Source: Epiperipatus broadwayi | Taxonomy: Eukaryota; Animalia; Onychophora | NCBI GenBank assembly: GCA_028023455.1 | Contig: JAQFVV010000008.1 | Coordinates: 9,362,001 to 9,426,000 of the forward strand | DNA length: 64,000 bases | Direction: 5' to 3' | Shown: positions 38,627 through 51,224 of the stretch, piece after piece | Numbering within the stretch: position 1 is the stretch's first letter | How the letters are laid out: each line of letters opens with the position of its first letter | Program-made: the position numbers and the translations under genes | The notes under the pieces: model-generated | Seen by the model: the letters and a program-made list of their open reading frames with translations, nothing else | Told to the model about the DNA's origin: nothing | Database searches by the model: none

Positions 38627-39619
38627 ATTTATTACTACTTATATGAATTCAATGGCTTAAAGTTTTATCACAGCTTTGTTTCTTTATACAATTAGTGATT
38701 AATTATGCCAACATATTTGTAACTTAAACTTATTACTTTTTTTATATATAGTTTCTGGTAACTTTAATCTTGGATTATTACCTTCTCAGTCTATATGTTT
38801 TAGTGTCTGGCTTATAATAATATATGAGATTTTTAGTCTAAAATCTTTTAGAATATTAAAACTAACTATCTGTTTCTACTGTAATTTTTTGGCCAATTTA
38901 TAATGACATATTTCATATAAATGTTTATGTAGCTTATGTAATCTCTTCACATGGGGTTTCTTAAAGTTTTAATGCCTGCATAAAAACTCACAATCACACT
39001 ACACTACATATGGAATGAAACATAATGTGTGCTATTGTTTTAATATTTATTATATTTTTAAAGTTATCAATTTATATCACAGTAGTATATAACTTTTTGT
39101 TTGTATAAGGTTGTCAAAACATCTCTTTTTGTAACTTACTTAGCAAGTTGTTATATTAAAAATGGTCAAATTGATGTCAAACTTTTATATTATTTGGCTG
39201 AGTTTAATTAACTCTTGAAATAAGTGTTGTAGATTTTAAATAGATAATAATGAAAAACAAGTCTAATGTAGTCATTGTGCCTATATCCTGTATTGGAGAT
39301 CTATTTATCATTTCTAATGTTTGAACATCACATGATCTTCCAAGCAACTAATTATATGTTTATTTATTATGACTTCAAGATAATGAATTTTAAATTAAAT
39401 GTTTTTTTTTTCAATTGATAGATGTAGTATGTATATTGATTACAATTAATGTTTTACTCCAGTTAATTAGATAACTCTTCATCATCATTAGCAGCTACTT
39501 ATAAACAAGTAATAAAAAGTTAAAGATAGTTTTTGACATTATTTTACCAACCAATCTTAGAAGTATTGGACTTTTTATTCTATTTATTTGACACCTTGTA
39601 ATGATGATTTTAAAATTCT

Positions 39620-39940
39620 AAAACAAGCTTCATTTTATAAAAATCTTCAGCGTATTCTCTTAATAAAAATTATCACTATTGCATTTCTTTGAAGTGTCTT
39701 TGGGGTAATATTTATATGTAAATGGATTCTGCTCCTCCATAAAAATCATGCTTAAATTTACCAGAAAATATATTTTTAGGAAATCTATTACCATTTAGTT
39801 ATTTCATATGGCCATCATAATCAAGATTTGCTTTTACAATGGTGGATTGCATTTTTAGAATCTTAAAAAGCATTCTTAAATGCAAATTTTCTAGTAATTT
39901 TAACTCAAGAGTCCATATCTTATTTCCATACAAAAAATTA
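39620..39940 (-). mobile_element. Decayed RTE/BovB-like LINE C-terminal fragment
   Basis: Minus strand gives LYGNKIWT..LENLHLRMLFKIL, GHM...NRFPKNIFSG. Confidence 0.5.
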
Positions 39941-40239
39941 TATAACTATATATACAAGTATGATATTATTGTTAAATGAGCAACAGTACATTAGAATCTA
40001 TGTTACACCTCAAATTCCAAGTCTAATATTTATACCTAAAATATATATTTAAATAGTTCATTTGCTCAAACTATAAGCATCCAGGATAAAAATTACTGAA
40101 TAAGTTGCTTTAAATGTTAACTGATAAAACAGTTTTTTGAAAATTATTTATTAAGACAAAGTATTTATAAATTGTATTCAAAACATTAATAGCATTATGC
40201 AGATCATCTTTTGAATAAGTAAGAGTTACACAATCATTA

Positions 40240-41110
40240 GCATTAAGAGTCGTATCATGAAAAATAATATTGTACTCCTATTTAATGAATGGTGATGACA
40301 TTTTTTATATGGTAGTGATGATACTTCAAACTGATGGAGGGAATATTTTGATCACCTTTTGAATAATGACAATCAAAAATGAAAAGAATCCATCATATTC
40401 CAATTTGTTTAGATTTGGACATAAATAACAATCTTGATGAAGTTAAAGCAGCTCTTTCTAATCTTAAAAACAAATAGACTGAAAGTCTTTACAGGATATT
40501 TAAAGAAGTTTTGAAATTGGTTGATGATACAATTATCTTGAAAACTATTGGAATTTCTTATGATTATATGAAAATATGAAGTTATGCCATCTGATCTTAA
40601 GGATACTTCTATTATTCCAATTTTTCAAAAAAAAAAGATTAAAAAATTATAATTACCATGGAATATCATTATTGTCCATTATAGAAAATGTCAAGGACAT
40701 TGCTGAATAGATTATTTACAATAACAAATGAGTCATTACCAGAGACTCAGCATATTTTTAGAAAATTAAGTATTGTAATCCTAATTATTGTTGCTTGGCA
40801 ATACAAAAGCATAATTTATATATTGCTTTTGTTAAGAAAGTTAAATTATTTTATTCAGTGATTTTGTAGTAGAGTTTAAAATTTTCTGGGTGTGCATGAA
40901 AAAATGAAAGAAAGCATCATTATTGCCAATGCAAAACTGAACACACTTGAAATGAAAATTGGTGTTGAACAGGATTGTATATTATCTACAATTTTGTTTT
41001 CCACTTTAATAACAGTGGTCTTTGAAATAACATATAGAGAGCTTCATGAAACAAGTATCAAAGATGTAATAGATATGATCATAAGAATCTTAATTTGGAT
41101 GTATTAAAAA
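40240..41110 (+). mobile_element. Decayed RTE/BovB-like reverse transcriptase fragment
   Basis: EYFDHLLN, DEVKAALSNLKN, IIPIF, NYHGISLLS, LPETQ and GVEQDCILSTILF (the GV.QG..LSP.LF motif). Confidence 0.65.
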
Positions 41111-41187
41111 CAAAATCAAAAACTATATCTTTTTTTTTTTTTTGGTCTGAGATTGTATATGGTATGATTGTTTTTGCTCTTGTAAAT

Positions 41188-41390
41188 TCAAAGAACAATC
41201 TTCAGAATAGAGACTTTAATTTTTATATTTAGGTGCTTTTGACTAAGATTATTAACAACTTGCCAATGTGTTCCATTTTCATCATATTGGTAGAAACTTA
41301 AGTAGAAAGGCAAACATGGATGTAGAGGGCAATGAAAACTCCTATCTATTGTTACATTTAACAAATTAAAATTAGAGCTCTGTATCACAA
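41188..41390 (-). mobile_element. Possible RTE thumb-region fragment in the opposite orientation
   Basis: NVTIDR.., (F)GKL, SQKHLNIKIKVSILKIVL resemble ID.EI..RI.KA...FG.L...VW...I...TK..VY..VL. Confidence 0.35.
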
Positions 41391-41994
41391 TTATATTACT
41401 TCTTCAACTAAATTAGTTGCTAATTTATTGATTAAAAGTGAGACATAGATCATCTGTCAATTTAAAGGTGCTGATTTTTTTATTATTATTTAAAAATGGT
41501 CTCCAGTTCCCTAAAAACATGATAGTATATGTTATATAGTCTACTAAGTGTGATAATATTGAATCTACATTTGTAAGGGCATGACTCTATTGGAACGAAC
41601 ATGTAAGACAAATGATAAGTATTAGATTTCATATAAAATTATATCATAGTAAACTTTAGTATAGATTTTGTGAAAGAGATAGTTTTCATTAATGCTATAA
41701 TGATTGCATTCATTTAATATACAAGGCTGAGGATAATAAACAATGAAGAGAAATGATTTGATAAGGTATTAAAGAATTTTTAGAAGAATAAGTTGGTCGA
41801 AGATGAGCTTAAAATATGCCAGAGCAGCATATCAAATAATCAATCTAAAAAATTAGTATACAATATATATATATATATGTGTGTTTCATAAATTGGTTTG
41901 TACAGGTATTGCAAGATTAGTTTTAATTTCTTTTTCTTTATCATTTGATTTTTAATTTTTGTGGAATTTGATGCTAATAATAGTACTTTAACTA

Positions 41995-42092
41995 AGGCAA
42001 AGCTCTCCATACAGTAGTGCCATCGAGTGCAAGCCAGAGTAATCAATGGATGAACCAGTAATAGTGATCATGTGATGTTTAGTGGTTTAATA
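41995..42092. mobile_element. Miniature head-to-head composite of family 1 3' ends
   Basis: aggcaaagctctccatacagtagtgcc..aatcaatggatg (41995-42052) is followed by the inverted agtaatagtgatcatgtgatgtttagtggtttaata (42057-42092). Confidence 0.8.
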
Positions 42093-43369
42093 ATACTTTA
42101 ATATTGTTTACTTATGATATTTAGTAATCCAGTGTTAGAACAGCAATGTTCTCTGCTCAGAATTTTGATTTTTTTTTTTTTTTACTAAGTTCATTGCATT
42201 ACACCATAAGTAATTAAAACTTTAAAATATTTTACTTTTTTCATACTCAATGTTTGTCTCTCTTCATAAAAATTTCTAGCTTAATTTGTTCTATTTATTT
42301 ATATATTTTTTATATTACATTAAGCAGGTAATCCATATAACGTTTTTAGCATTTTTATCAATAGATGCTCATTTTTCACTTTTAATTCATTATGTATTGT
42401 AATTTTATTATATTATTTATTTTTATTTTTTTAACTAGGTTAATGATTATAAATTTGATAGAATTATTTGTGATTTAAATTATTATTGTATAACTGCAGT
42501 TCACATAGAATTCCTATACAGTCTCACAAAACATTTTTTTTTTTTATTCACTAGTTGAAATGACAGTATGATATACAGTTAGTTATAAGCAGAATATAAG
42601 CATTTTCACATAGGAACAATGATTTTTATTTGTCACAATTGATTACCTTCTGTGCTGAACAAATTTATGAAGAATGGGGGGGGGGGGACTTCAGGGCAAA
42701 ATCTCATAAAAATAATGTTAATAATATTTGATTGGGACTGTAGACAATAAAAGTATAGTATTTACTTTTATATAATGACAATAATAAACTTATGTTCTAT
42801 AAGATTTTAATATAGTATGCTAGGCATATATTTATTTAAAAACCTAAATAAAAGATGAGGATTAATAAGCATGAATGTTTTATGTGAAATAATAATATAA
42901 CTATAAAAACAAGTTATGAATTGAAAAACATACACACATGAACTTATTATACAATGTTTTAAAAAGCACTCATATCGTTGCTGTTTTAATACATAGTTTT
43001 GAAATTAGCAATATTTTATTTTCAAATCTAAAATTACTATTAGAAAGTGAATTGTTTTCTTTGATATAACAAGAGAGATTGCAAATTTAAAATGGTATAT
43101 ATGTGTGTGTGCAGTTTTGTTGTATGCATAAAGAAGCAAAAGTACATGATTTTTACCACTTTAAAACATGAAAAAGGTATGTATATATACAGGATCCTCA
43201 AAAACAAAGTATCTTGAAATATTTATTAAGTATGTAAATATATATCCAATAAAACTTATATTTATTCTTTTGAATAGTTTAGTTGTTGGATTATTAATAT
43301 ATGGTTTTTGATCAACATATGAAGTGGCATAAAATTATAAATTTATATATTAGTGTATGTATTGTCTAT

Positions 43370-43840
43370 TAGTAGTAGTTGATAGGTTCCTGGCAACATC
43401 AAAAGGCAAAGTTATCTCTTTTTATGAGGATATAACCTCTTAATTTTCATTCTTTATTAAAACTAAACATCCATGAAAAAATATAAATTCATCATATACA
43501 ACTCTCTTGAGAAGGTTAATTATTATTTGAAGAATGTCAAGGAAAATGCTATTTTTCTGTTTTCTGATACTTATAAAAATAGTTTTCTGAGTTTAAAACA
43601 TTGTAAGAACTTAGATTTGAAGTGAAAAAGATTCTCTTTTACTTCAATAAACTCCAAACAAGTGAGCTATTATAAGTTAATGAAGAAAACTTGTTTAGCT
43701 TCATGATGATTGTCAGTTAGTAATAATTGATAGTTTCCTGGCAACATCAAAAGACAAAATTATCTCTATATACATAGATATAATCTCTTAATTTCCATTC
43801 TTTATTAAAACTAAACACCCAAGAAAATATATAAATGTGA
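43370..43840. repeat. Diverged ~110-bp direct repeat, period 348 bp
   Basis: cctggcaacatcaaaag..ttatctct..cattctttattaaaactaaaca at 43389 and 43737. Confidence 0.85.
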
Positions 43841-44669
43841 TATATATTCAATCCATAAAATTGAATTTTAAAATTTGTTTTGAAATATAAACATTTCCAT
43901 CAATTAGAAGTTTACTTTACCTGAATAAACTTTCATTAAAATTATATTTTCATGTAGCCTTTACTTTCAATTGATCACTTTTTGTTTGGTCTCATAAGTA
44001 GTATCTACATTCATTTTACCTTTGATCATTTTCTATTTAAATTGTAAATATATCTATTTATTTTAAGTTTAGATATAATAGTTATAGAAAATTCAAATAC
44101 CTAATATAATTTTGCAAATGGTCATCAAAATTTTTAAATGATACTTTTTTATATATTTTTATTTTGTGCATTGTTGAAAGAATTTTATTTTGTAAGCTTC
44201 TCATCTTTGTTTTGGTTTCATAAAGCAGTGATGCTTTTTATTATCCTTCAATTATTTAAACATGATCACGTAAAAATATGTTAAATGAAGACATATTTAA
44301 AGAAGATCCTCCACACAAGTAATAAATCTCTTGTTAAAACAAGATTTTCACTAAGTATTTTTATTAACTTGAAATAAAATAAGTGTTGTATTTAGAATTA
44401 TTTTTGCAATTCCTGGTATAAATAGATATGTTGACTTTATGCTATCACCATATGTATATTTTTTTCAAATTTATTATAATTTTAAATAATCTATTGAAAT
44501 AGAAAATCCTTTATATTTTGTTACCTTTGTACTGTATTTGATAAGAGTGTACAACAAGTAATTCCATATTTCCAAAACTTTTTACAGCACTTTTATGAGA
44601 AGTAATTTTTTGATTTTATAAAATGGAAAGTTGAGGGAATAATAAATGAATGAAAATTAGCTAAATCAA

Positions 44670-45100
44670 TTATATTTCACTGATGATGTGGTTATTCTTG
44701 CAAATAATGCTTCTAATAATGTCCCCAACATTATCAGATAAAAGCAAGAGTGTGTTTCTAAAGATAACTGGTAATGTTTAATGCTTTTTCTCAAAAGAAA
44801 AATGGATGTTCATGAATTACAAGAAGACAATAATTACAAATATTTTTAATTCAGATGGAAACATAATGAATGAAAATTGTCATAGAAATAAATTTGAATG
44901 AAAAAGAAAATATGTCTATATGTTTTAAAAGGAAGGTTTTTAATAGATGTTTTCCCATTTCTTATATATGGATTTGAGACTTGGATATTAAACAGAATTG
45001 CAAAACAGAGACTTTAGATTACATAATGAAATATGGAGGATTGTATGTTGGGAATAACAAGGAGGAAATGAAAGCAAAACATCATGAATGAATTAACAGA
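44670..45100 (+). mobile_element. Decayed RTE fragment (same family as 51-54 kb)
   Basis: FTDDVVILANN; cagatggaaacataatg, gaaaatatgtctat.tgtt..aaaaggaaggtttttaata and tgagacttgga are shared with 53270-53640. Confidence 0.75.
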
Positions 45101-45949
45101 CAAGTATCATGTATTAGACCAGAGATTATCCACTTAATGAATACTATTTCTATAATGCAATTTTCACTACATAACTCACTTTTAACTTCTTGTTGAGAGT
45201 GTAATCATAAATATATGATTGTAATCCTAGACATATGACCAAAAACATGTCTTTGATCATATGTTTATAATTAAACCCGTCCACAAGCTGTTAAAAGTGG
45301 GAAACCAGTCCCTACCTTGCATGAGAGAGGTGTAGGGAAAATTATACTACAGAATATTATTCATTAAATATTATTGACATCAATAAAAGAATTTAGAATC
45401 AGATATGAAGCTGAACTGGATATATTACTAGAATAGATGATAAAGTAAAAAATAATTCAAGTTTTAAACATGATTCCAAGGGATTTTTGAAAAAACTAGA
45501 AAATGTTCGTATATGAGTTGGATGAATAAGTAAATTTGTTAATGTAATGTGAAGAATAAAAATTATGGCCAGGAATCTGGATTAAACTTGGAGATACTTT
45601 TATCATGTAGTGAATCAGTAATTGTTAAAAATGATGATGGCGATTTAATTATATAAGTGATCTTTATACTATTAGAACTTATATTTATTTGATCTATTAT
45701 TTATCTTAATCATGCAAACTTTATAAAACTTCTATTTGCAGTTGTATTAATTAGTATAATTTGCATTTTATATTATTCGTATCAGCTATATTTATTTACC
45801 GTCATATAAATTTAGTTTGTTTTTTAAAAGGAAAAAAAAACAACAAAAAAACATTATTTTTGGAAATATAGTAGTTATGTGAAAAGGCTCCTTAAAATAT
45901 ATGAAGCAACTCTGAAACTATAATGTTTGAAGTACCACTGAGGATGATA

Positions 45950-46750
45950 AAATATTCTCTTCGCCGCCGTAATATTAAACTTTATCAGCTAATTAGTTAT
46001 TCAATTTGTTCGATAAATAACATATACACACATGTATATATAGTGTAGGTCCTACAGATGTAACAATTGAAAGTTAATATAAACGAATGAATGTTACACA
46101 TTCCTTTTACAGTAAATAAAAGAAAAAAGCTTTTACTATCAGGCCGTTAAGTTTTCCTTGCAATATCTTCCTAATTATTCCAGAATTACTTCACAATAAT
46201 TGAGAAAAGATTCCAGCTAAGCTCTTCGGTTGTTTTGCCAATACGTGATGCCCTTTTCTGTTATAAATAACTGTTTTTTTTACTCTTTCAAAAATAAATG
46301 TGTTAACATTTTATGTTGAGATTACGATAAATTTTGTTGATAATTTCCTGTGAAAGTTGATCGAGAAGATATCAAGTCTACGTACTAAAATTGATTGTCT
46401 CTTCTAATTACTTGATAATAAAATATTTAAAAAAATCTTTCTACAAAAGCTACAGTAAATAAGAAAATACTCCATCTGTCGAAAGAAATATGCATTTCTA
46501 TTTACAGATAAAATTTGAGTGTAAATATAGCCACACCTTTTTTCATTAGAATTAGATTGCTAAAACTGTTAATTATATTATACTTTATAGAGCTTTCAAA
46601 TCACATGTAATTTACTATATGTGTAAATTTACACTCACATATAGATATCAGTGTTAAGTCCTCCTTAAGAGTAAATTAGTTTGAATGTTATAGATATTAT
46701 GGATACGAAACAATGATAAAAATCGTATTTTTTAATGCTTGTTTGTGTTT
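45950..46750. promoter_or_regulatory. CpG-retaining patch
   Basis: ttcgccgccgt, gttcgat, ggccgtt, ttcggtt, tacgtg, gatcgag, ctacgtac, gtcgaaag cluster. Confidence 0.35.
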
Positions 46751-47533
46751 TTTAAAGGCCTTATGGTATGGGGATAGAACAACAATCTGTGTTTTAATGT
46801 GGGCTGGTTAAAACAATTTTTTTCCAAGTTTAGAATTTTTCTTTTAGATAGCCAGTCTAGTGCCAATATAAATTAACCATCCAATACTGGTCAGTAAATG
46901 GATATCTAACTATTTTCAGCTAAATAATAGAAAAAGAATGGGAAATAACTCATATTCTAAGCAGTCAATAATTGGAAAAACTGGTGAATAATGTCATTCA
47001 CTTAAGATGCCTCTATGGGGGATTGTTGAAAAGATCTTTGTTTTGTATTATTTAAAAGTTATGTTGACTTTTATCTAGATATGTTATATTATATAAATAA
47101 AGTTACTTTTAATATATTGTACTTATTTATCATATAATCAAATGGGTGGTGGTTTATTACCATTGTTGCACATTACCACAGGATAGCATTATGTTACCAA
47201 AAGTCATAAACTATTAATTTGTGAATTATGTTTATTATTTATGAACATATTTATTTGTATAAATATAATTATAAATGAATAAAATAATAATTAATAACAA
47301 ATTTATCTGTGATAAACATTATTTACATCAATCAAAAATGCAATGCATAAATCTTTATTTTGACTCTTCTTTAAATTTTTCCAACACAAATGATTGAAGT
47401 TGATTGGAAAAGTTTTCAAGGTGTTTTTTTTCCTTTTTTTTAAGATTTTATATTGATTACCAACTAAGAATGTTCAATGATCATTCATCTATGTATTATT
47501 CAGCCAGTTGCTCACTCATTTTCAATAAAAAAA

Positions 47534-48159
47534 AAAACAGGCAAAACTCTCCATACAATAGTGTCACTCAGTGCCAACCAGAGAAATCAATGGATGCCAG
47601 AAGGCTTGTACATAAAATCACCATCTAGTGCCTATTCATCCAATATCCCCAGACTAGTTTCTGGCTTGTGGCTTTCATAAGTGAGGAGCTTTGGATCTGA
47701 GAGCAATTCACCTAGATCTTAGGATCTAATGCAACCCTCCAGCAGTCACCTTTTATCTTTACTTAATGACAAAACTATGAGAATAAAATTGAAAACACAA
47801 AAATATTTTCAATCTAAGCTCAATAGCCTATATAGTCATATGGGTCTGAACTCAGTTCAGTACCCATATATTTTGGTATCTTTGGCTCTTTAACAACCAT
47901 AGCCACCACTATTCTATTAGGCAGGATTGGTGTTAAACCACTAAACATTATATGATCCCCATTACTTATGCTAGCACATACCTGTTATTAAAACAGGCAA
48001 ACTCTCCATACAATAGTGCCACTCAGTGCCAACCAGAGTAATCAATGGATTCCAGAAGGCTTGTGCATAAAATCCCCATCTAGTTCCTACTCATCTAATA
48101 TCCCCAGACTAGTTTCTGGCTTGTCGCCTTCGTCAGTGAGTAGGTTTGGATCTGAGAGC
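47534..48159 (-). mobile_element. Family 1 direct tandem (~1.4 units, period 455) with two hammerhead motifs
   Basis: Core 47652-47681 reads CTTATGA (G5U, dead); core 48107-48136 reads CTGACGA-aggcgacaagcca-GAAACTAGTC (intact). Confidence 0.9.
48107..48136 (-). ncRNA. Hammerhead core, intact (one stem I mismatch)
   Basis: Minus strand: cctactca-CTGACGA-aggcgacaagcca-GAAACTAGTC-tgggga. Confidence 0.75.
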
Positions 48160-48485
48160 CTTTTTACTTTTAACCTTATCAAGCATCAACTTTCATTAGT
48201 TTTCATAACTTATCTAATCATATTAATAAATCGATAAAGTGAATGTATTGTCAATGGCAAAAAAATAAACTTTATTCATTATAAACTATTAGTTGTCTAT
48301 GTATTATAGAGTATTGTTAAATTCTATATGTATAAGTATGTGTGTAATTTTTTTTTCAAAATGCAAATTAAGCTAACAATGCTATGATAAAGTAAAAGCA
48401 CTTGGCCATTAGCATATAGTTCAATATAATTTAAAATAATAAATTTTATGATTTACAATTATTTCACACAAGAGAATTAAAATAA

Positions 48486-49990
48486 CTAAATTAGTTTTAA
48501 TAAAGAGATCTTGTTCATACTGGTTTGATTAAAGCAATCAGTTAAGAACTGCATTTGGAATATATTCTTGGTTTCCCCATAGTGTGTGGTGCTGCATCCA
48601 GTCTGAGGGCATGAAATGTTATATATGACTTGGGGTGTTTGAGATGGATTGATTTTGTCCTTCACATTGTTAATGAGTCTGTTAGTATTATGGGAGGGGG
48701 ATGCAGAAACCAATTTTAAATTCATTAACTAAAGCTTTTATAAGCTGTTTAGATTCTTTGAGGATATTAGGGAAGGTGATTTGAGGGTTACCTTTAATAG
48801 TGTTGTTAGCTATTGATTTTGTATAAACTTTATCAATTTTCTTAGTAATAGCTTAATCCGACACTTAATAAATCCCTTATGTAGCTTGCAATATTAGCCT
48901 TCCTATCAGCTTTGAATTTACATAAATTTTGATTCCTAAATAAAAATGCATTTAGACCTGCGAATTTGTGTGATGTAGGTGAATTGGAGTTCGGGTGGGT
49001 GAATCCTCTGACCGCAAGAGGTTTGATAATCATGCAATAATGCAGTGCTCTGTCTTCTCTATGGACTAGCAAATCTAAATATTTTAGTTTCTGCCATTTG
49101 TTCTCCTAGATAGTGTTCATGGGTAATTTAGTTTGCAACTGTAATTCATTTTGAATGTTCATGATTACATTTTTCTTGGAGCTGCAATGAACACATCATC
49201 AACTTAACATGAATATATTAATCCAGCAGTGTTAGCTTGGTGTTTAGAGATGATTTGCTTTTCAAAGAAGTTTAAAAAATATGCTAGAAGTTATCCTGCT
49301 TAAGGGAAGACACATCAGCCAGCCATCTTTCATATCATACCATTTACCCTCAAACATTTAAAAATGTTATTGTCTAACCAATCGAGGAAGGCTAGGATAA
49401 AGTTCATGCGTTCAGCTGGCCAATGATTACTTATTAATTCTTTGTGATTAATGTCGATCGACCACTTCCTGTTAATCAATCCATATTATAATTCTGTCAC
49501 ATCCATGGCTGCAATTTCAAAATCTTGATCTATTAATGTATTCTTAATTTTTTTAATGAAATTGAAGGAAGACTTAATTGTGTAGCCACCAAAACCTACA
49601 TCATCAACAAAACATTGGTTTACCAGCTGAGCAGTTTCAAAGAAATGAACTCCTCCAACATCTACCATTAGTCTTAAAGGCTCATTTATGTAGCTTTGAG
49701 TTGGCAAACATCCTTGGCAGCCTGGTGGCAGATAGATAAATTCAGTAATATATTGTTCTAGATATGCCTTTGTCTTTGTAAGCTCTGAGAATTGAGGTGA
49801 TAAATTTCTCTCTATTAAGCTTGTTGTTAAAATTTTTCACTGAATTAAATTTTAACTTTCTGATTTAAGTCGTCATTTTTTCTTTATAATCCAAGAGCAT
49901 GAACCTCTTGCCTTTGTCTTCTTTGATGCATATAATGCTGTTACTTTCTAAGAAATGTTTGGTCTTTTTAATGTTGATATTATAGCAGTC
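48486..49990 (-). mobile_element. Decayed Penelope-like element (RT plus C-terminal GIY-YIG endonuclease)
   Basis: Minus-strand peptides in order: IICIKEDKGKRFMLLD; RLPRMFANSKLHK/EPLRLMVD; IKSSFNFIKKIK; AAMDVTELY; C*VDDVF (YVDD); QVIYNISCPQTGCSTTHYGET (GIY-YIG). Multiple stops and frameshifts. Confidence 0.85.
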
Positions 49991-51224
49991 AAATCTCACA
50001 TTTGTTTACGTCATCTTATAGATCTAGCAATAAAAGATTTGATTCTGTGATAAAATACATAATACTAAAAGCAGGCTATTATAAGTGATAGAAAAAGAAG
50101 GAAGGTGACTCTAAATATATATAGGAAAAAAAATAGAATAAATAAAACAGTGGGGGGAGTATCATTATACATTTTTAAATATTCAAATTGATAAAGTTTA
50201 GTTAAAAAACAAACTATAATAATAAAATTACTTTATATCCATATGTTAATTATAATGAAGCATGGTAAATACTTCATAAAAATACTACAATTTTAATAAA
50301 TTTCGATTGTTAAGAACTGCTGAAATCTATTTTTAAAATAGAAAATTAGAAATGGTATATTTACATAAATTTTCTTCAAGCTATACTGATTTTGTCACAT
50401 TTTAAAAATCCAATTTCTTCCCATGCTTTATAATAAACTTTAAGGACCAAAAAACTATCATACCAAAATGTGAACATATGTTAAAAATTATGTCATGAAT
50501 GTAAAATGAAAGTTCTTATCAAAAATTATTAAAATAAAATGTTTAACATTATCCATTTAAACCAATGATTAAATCATTTGATTTTTCTTATTATTTGACC
50601 AAAAATTTTAGCTAATCATGTTATAAAAACTTTTTTAGAAATCAAACATCTGTATTATTTACTTCATTATTTGATTGTTTTAAAATAATAGGATCCATAC
50701 TGAAGTAGAAATAAAATGTCACTTTTTGATAAAGAAACGTTTTGAAAAGTTTGTTAATTTTTACATTTTTATTTGCTATTAACTGAAAGGAGACCCTTTG
50801 ATTCCTCTTAGAGGCCTCAAAGAAACAGAGTAGGACAAATTCCTAAATGTCCACTCCATACGTTCTTGTCATTGCAGCTGTTATTACTATGTGGTTATTC
50901 ATATAGTATACAAACATGGATGGGCTGCTTGCCAACATGCATTAGCCAGCATGGTGAGTTTATTGGCTTTTTACCTCTGAATTTAAGACCAAGAAACACC
51001 ATGGTTTTTCTTCTCAGTTGCCTGATAAGGCAAAATGAATGTTTGTGTAAATGATAAATATTTTTCTAATATATACAATTATGACACAAAAATAAATCAT
51101 GGCCCTTATTCCCAGGAGGCTGTAAAGTCACAAACCAAGGCCATGGTTGATGGCCAAAGGCAGAGAGTGCTAAGAATCCCCTGATTGTGGACCTAGGTTG
51201 CCATTTGATGATGATTTTTTTATT

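Noticed and set aside
45270-45350. gctgttaaaagtgggaaaccagtccctacc motif with a ccctac/gtaggg hairpin
   Set aside because: GAAACCAGTC resembles a decayed stem III, but the CUGANGA box and stem I cannot be fitted.
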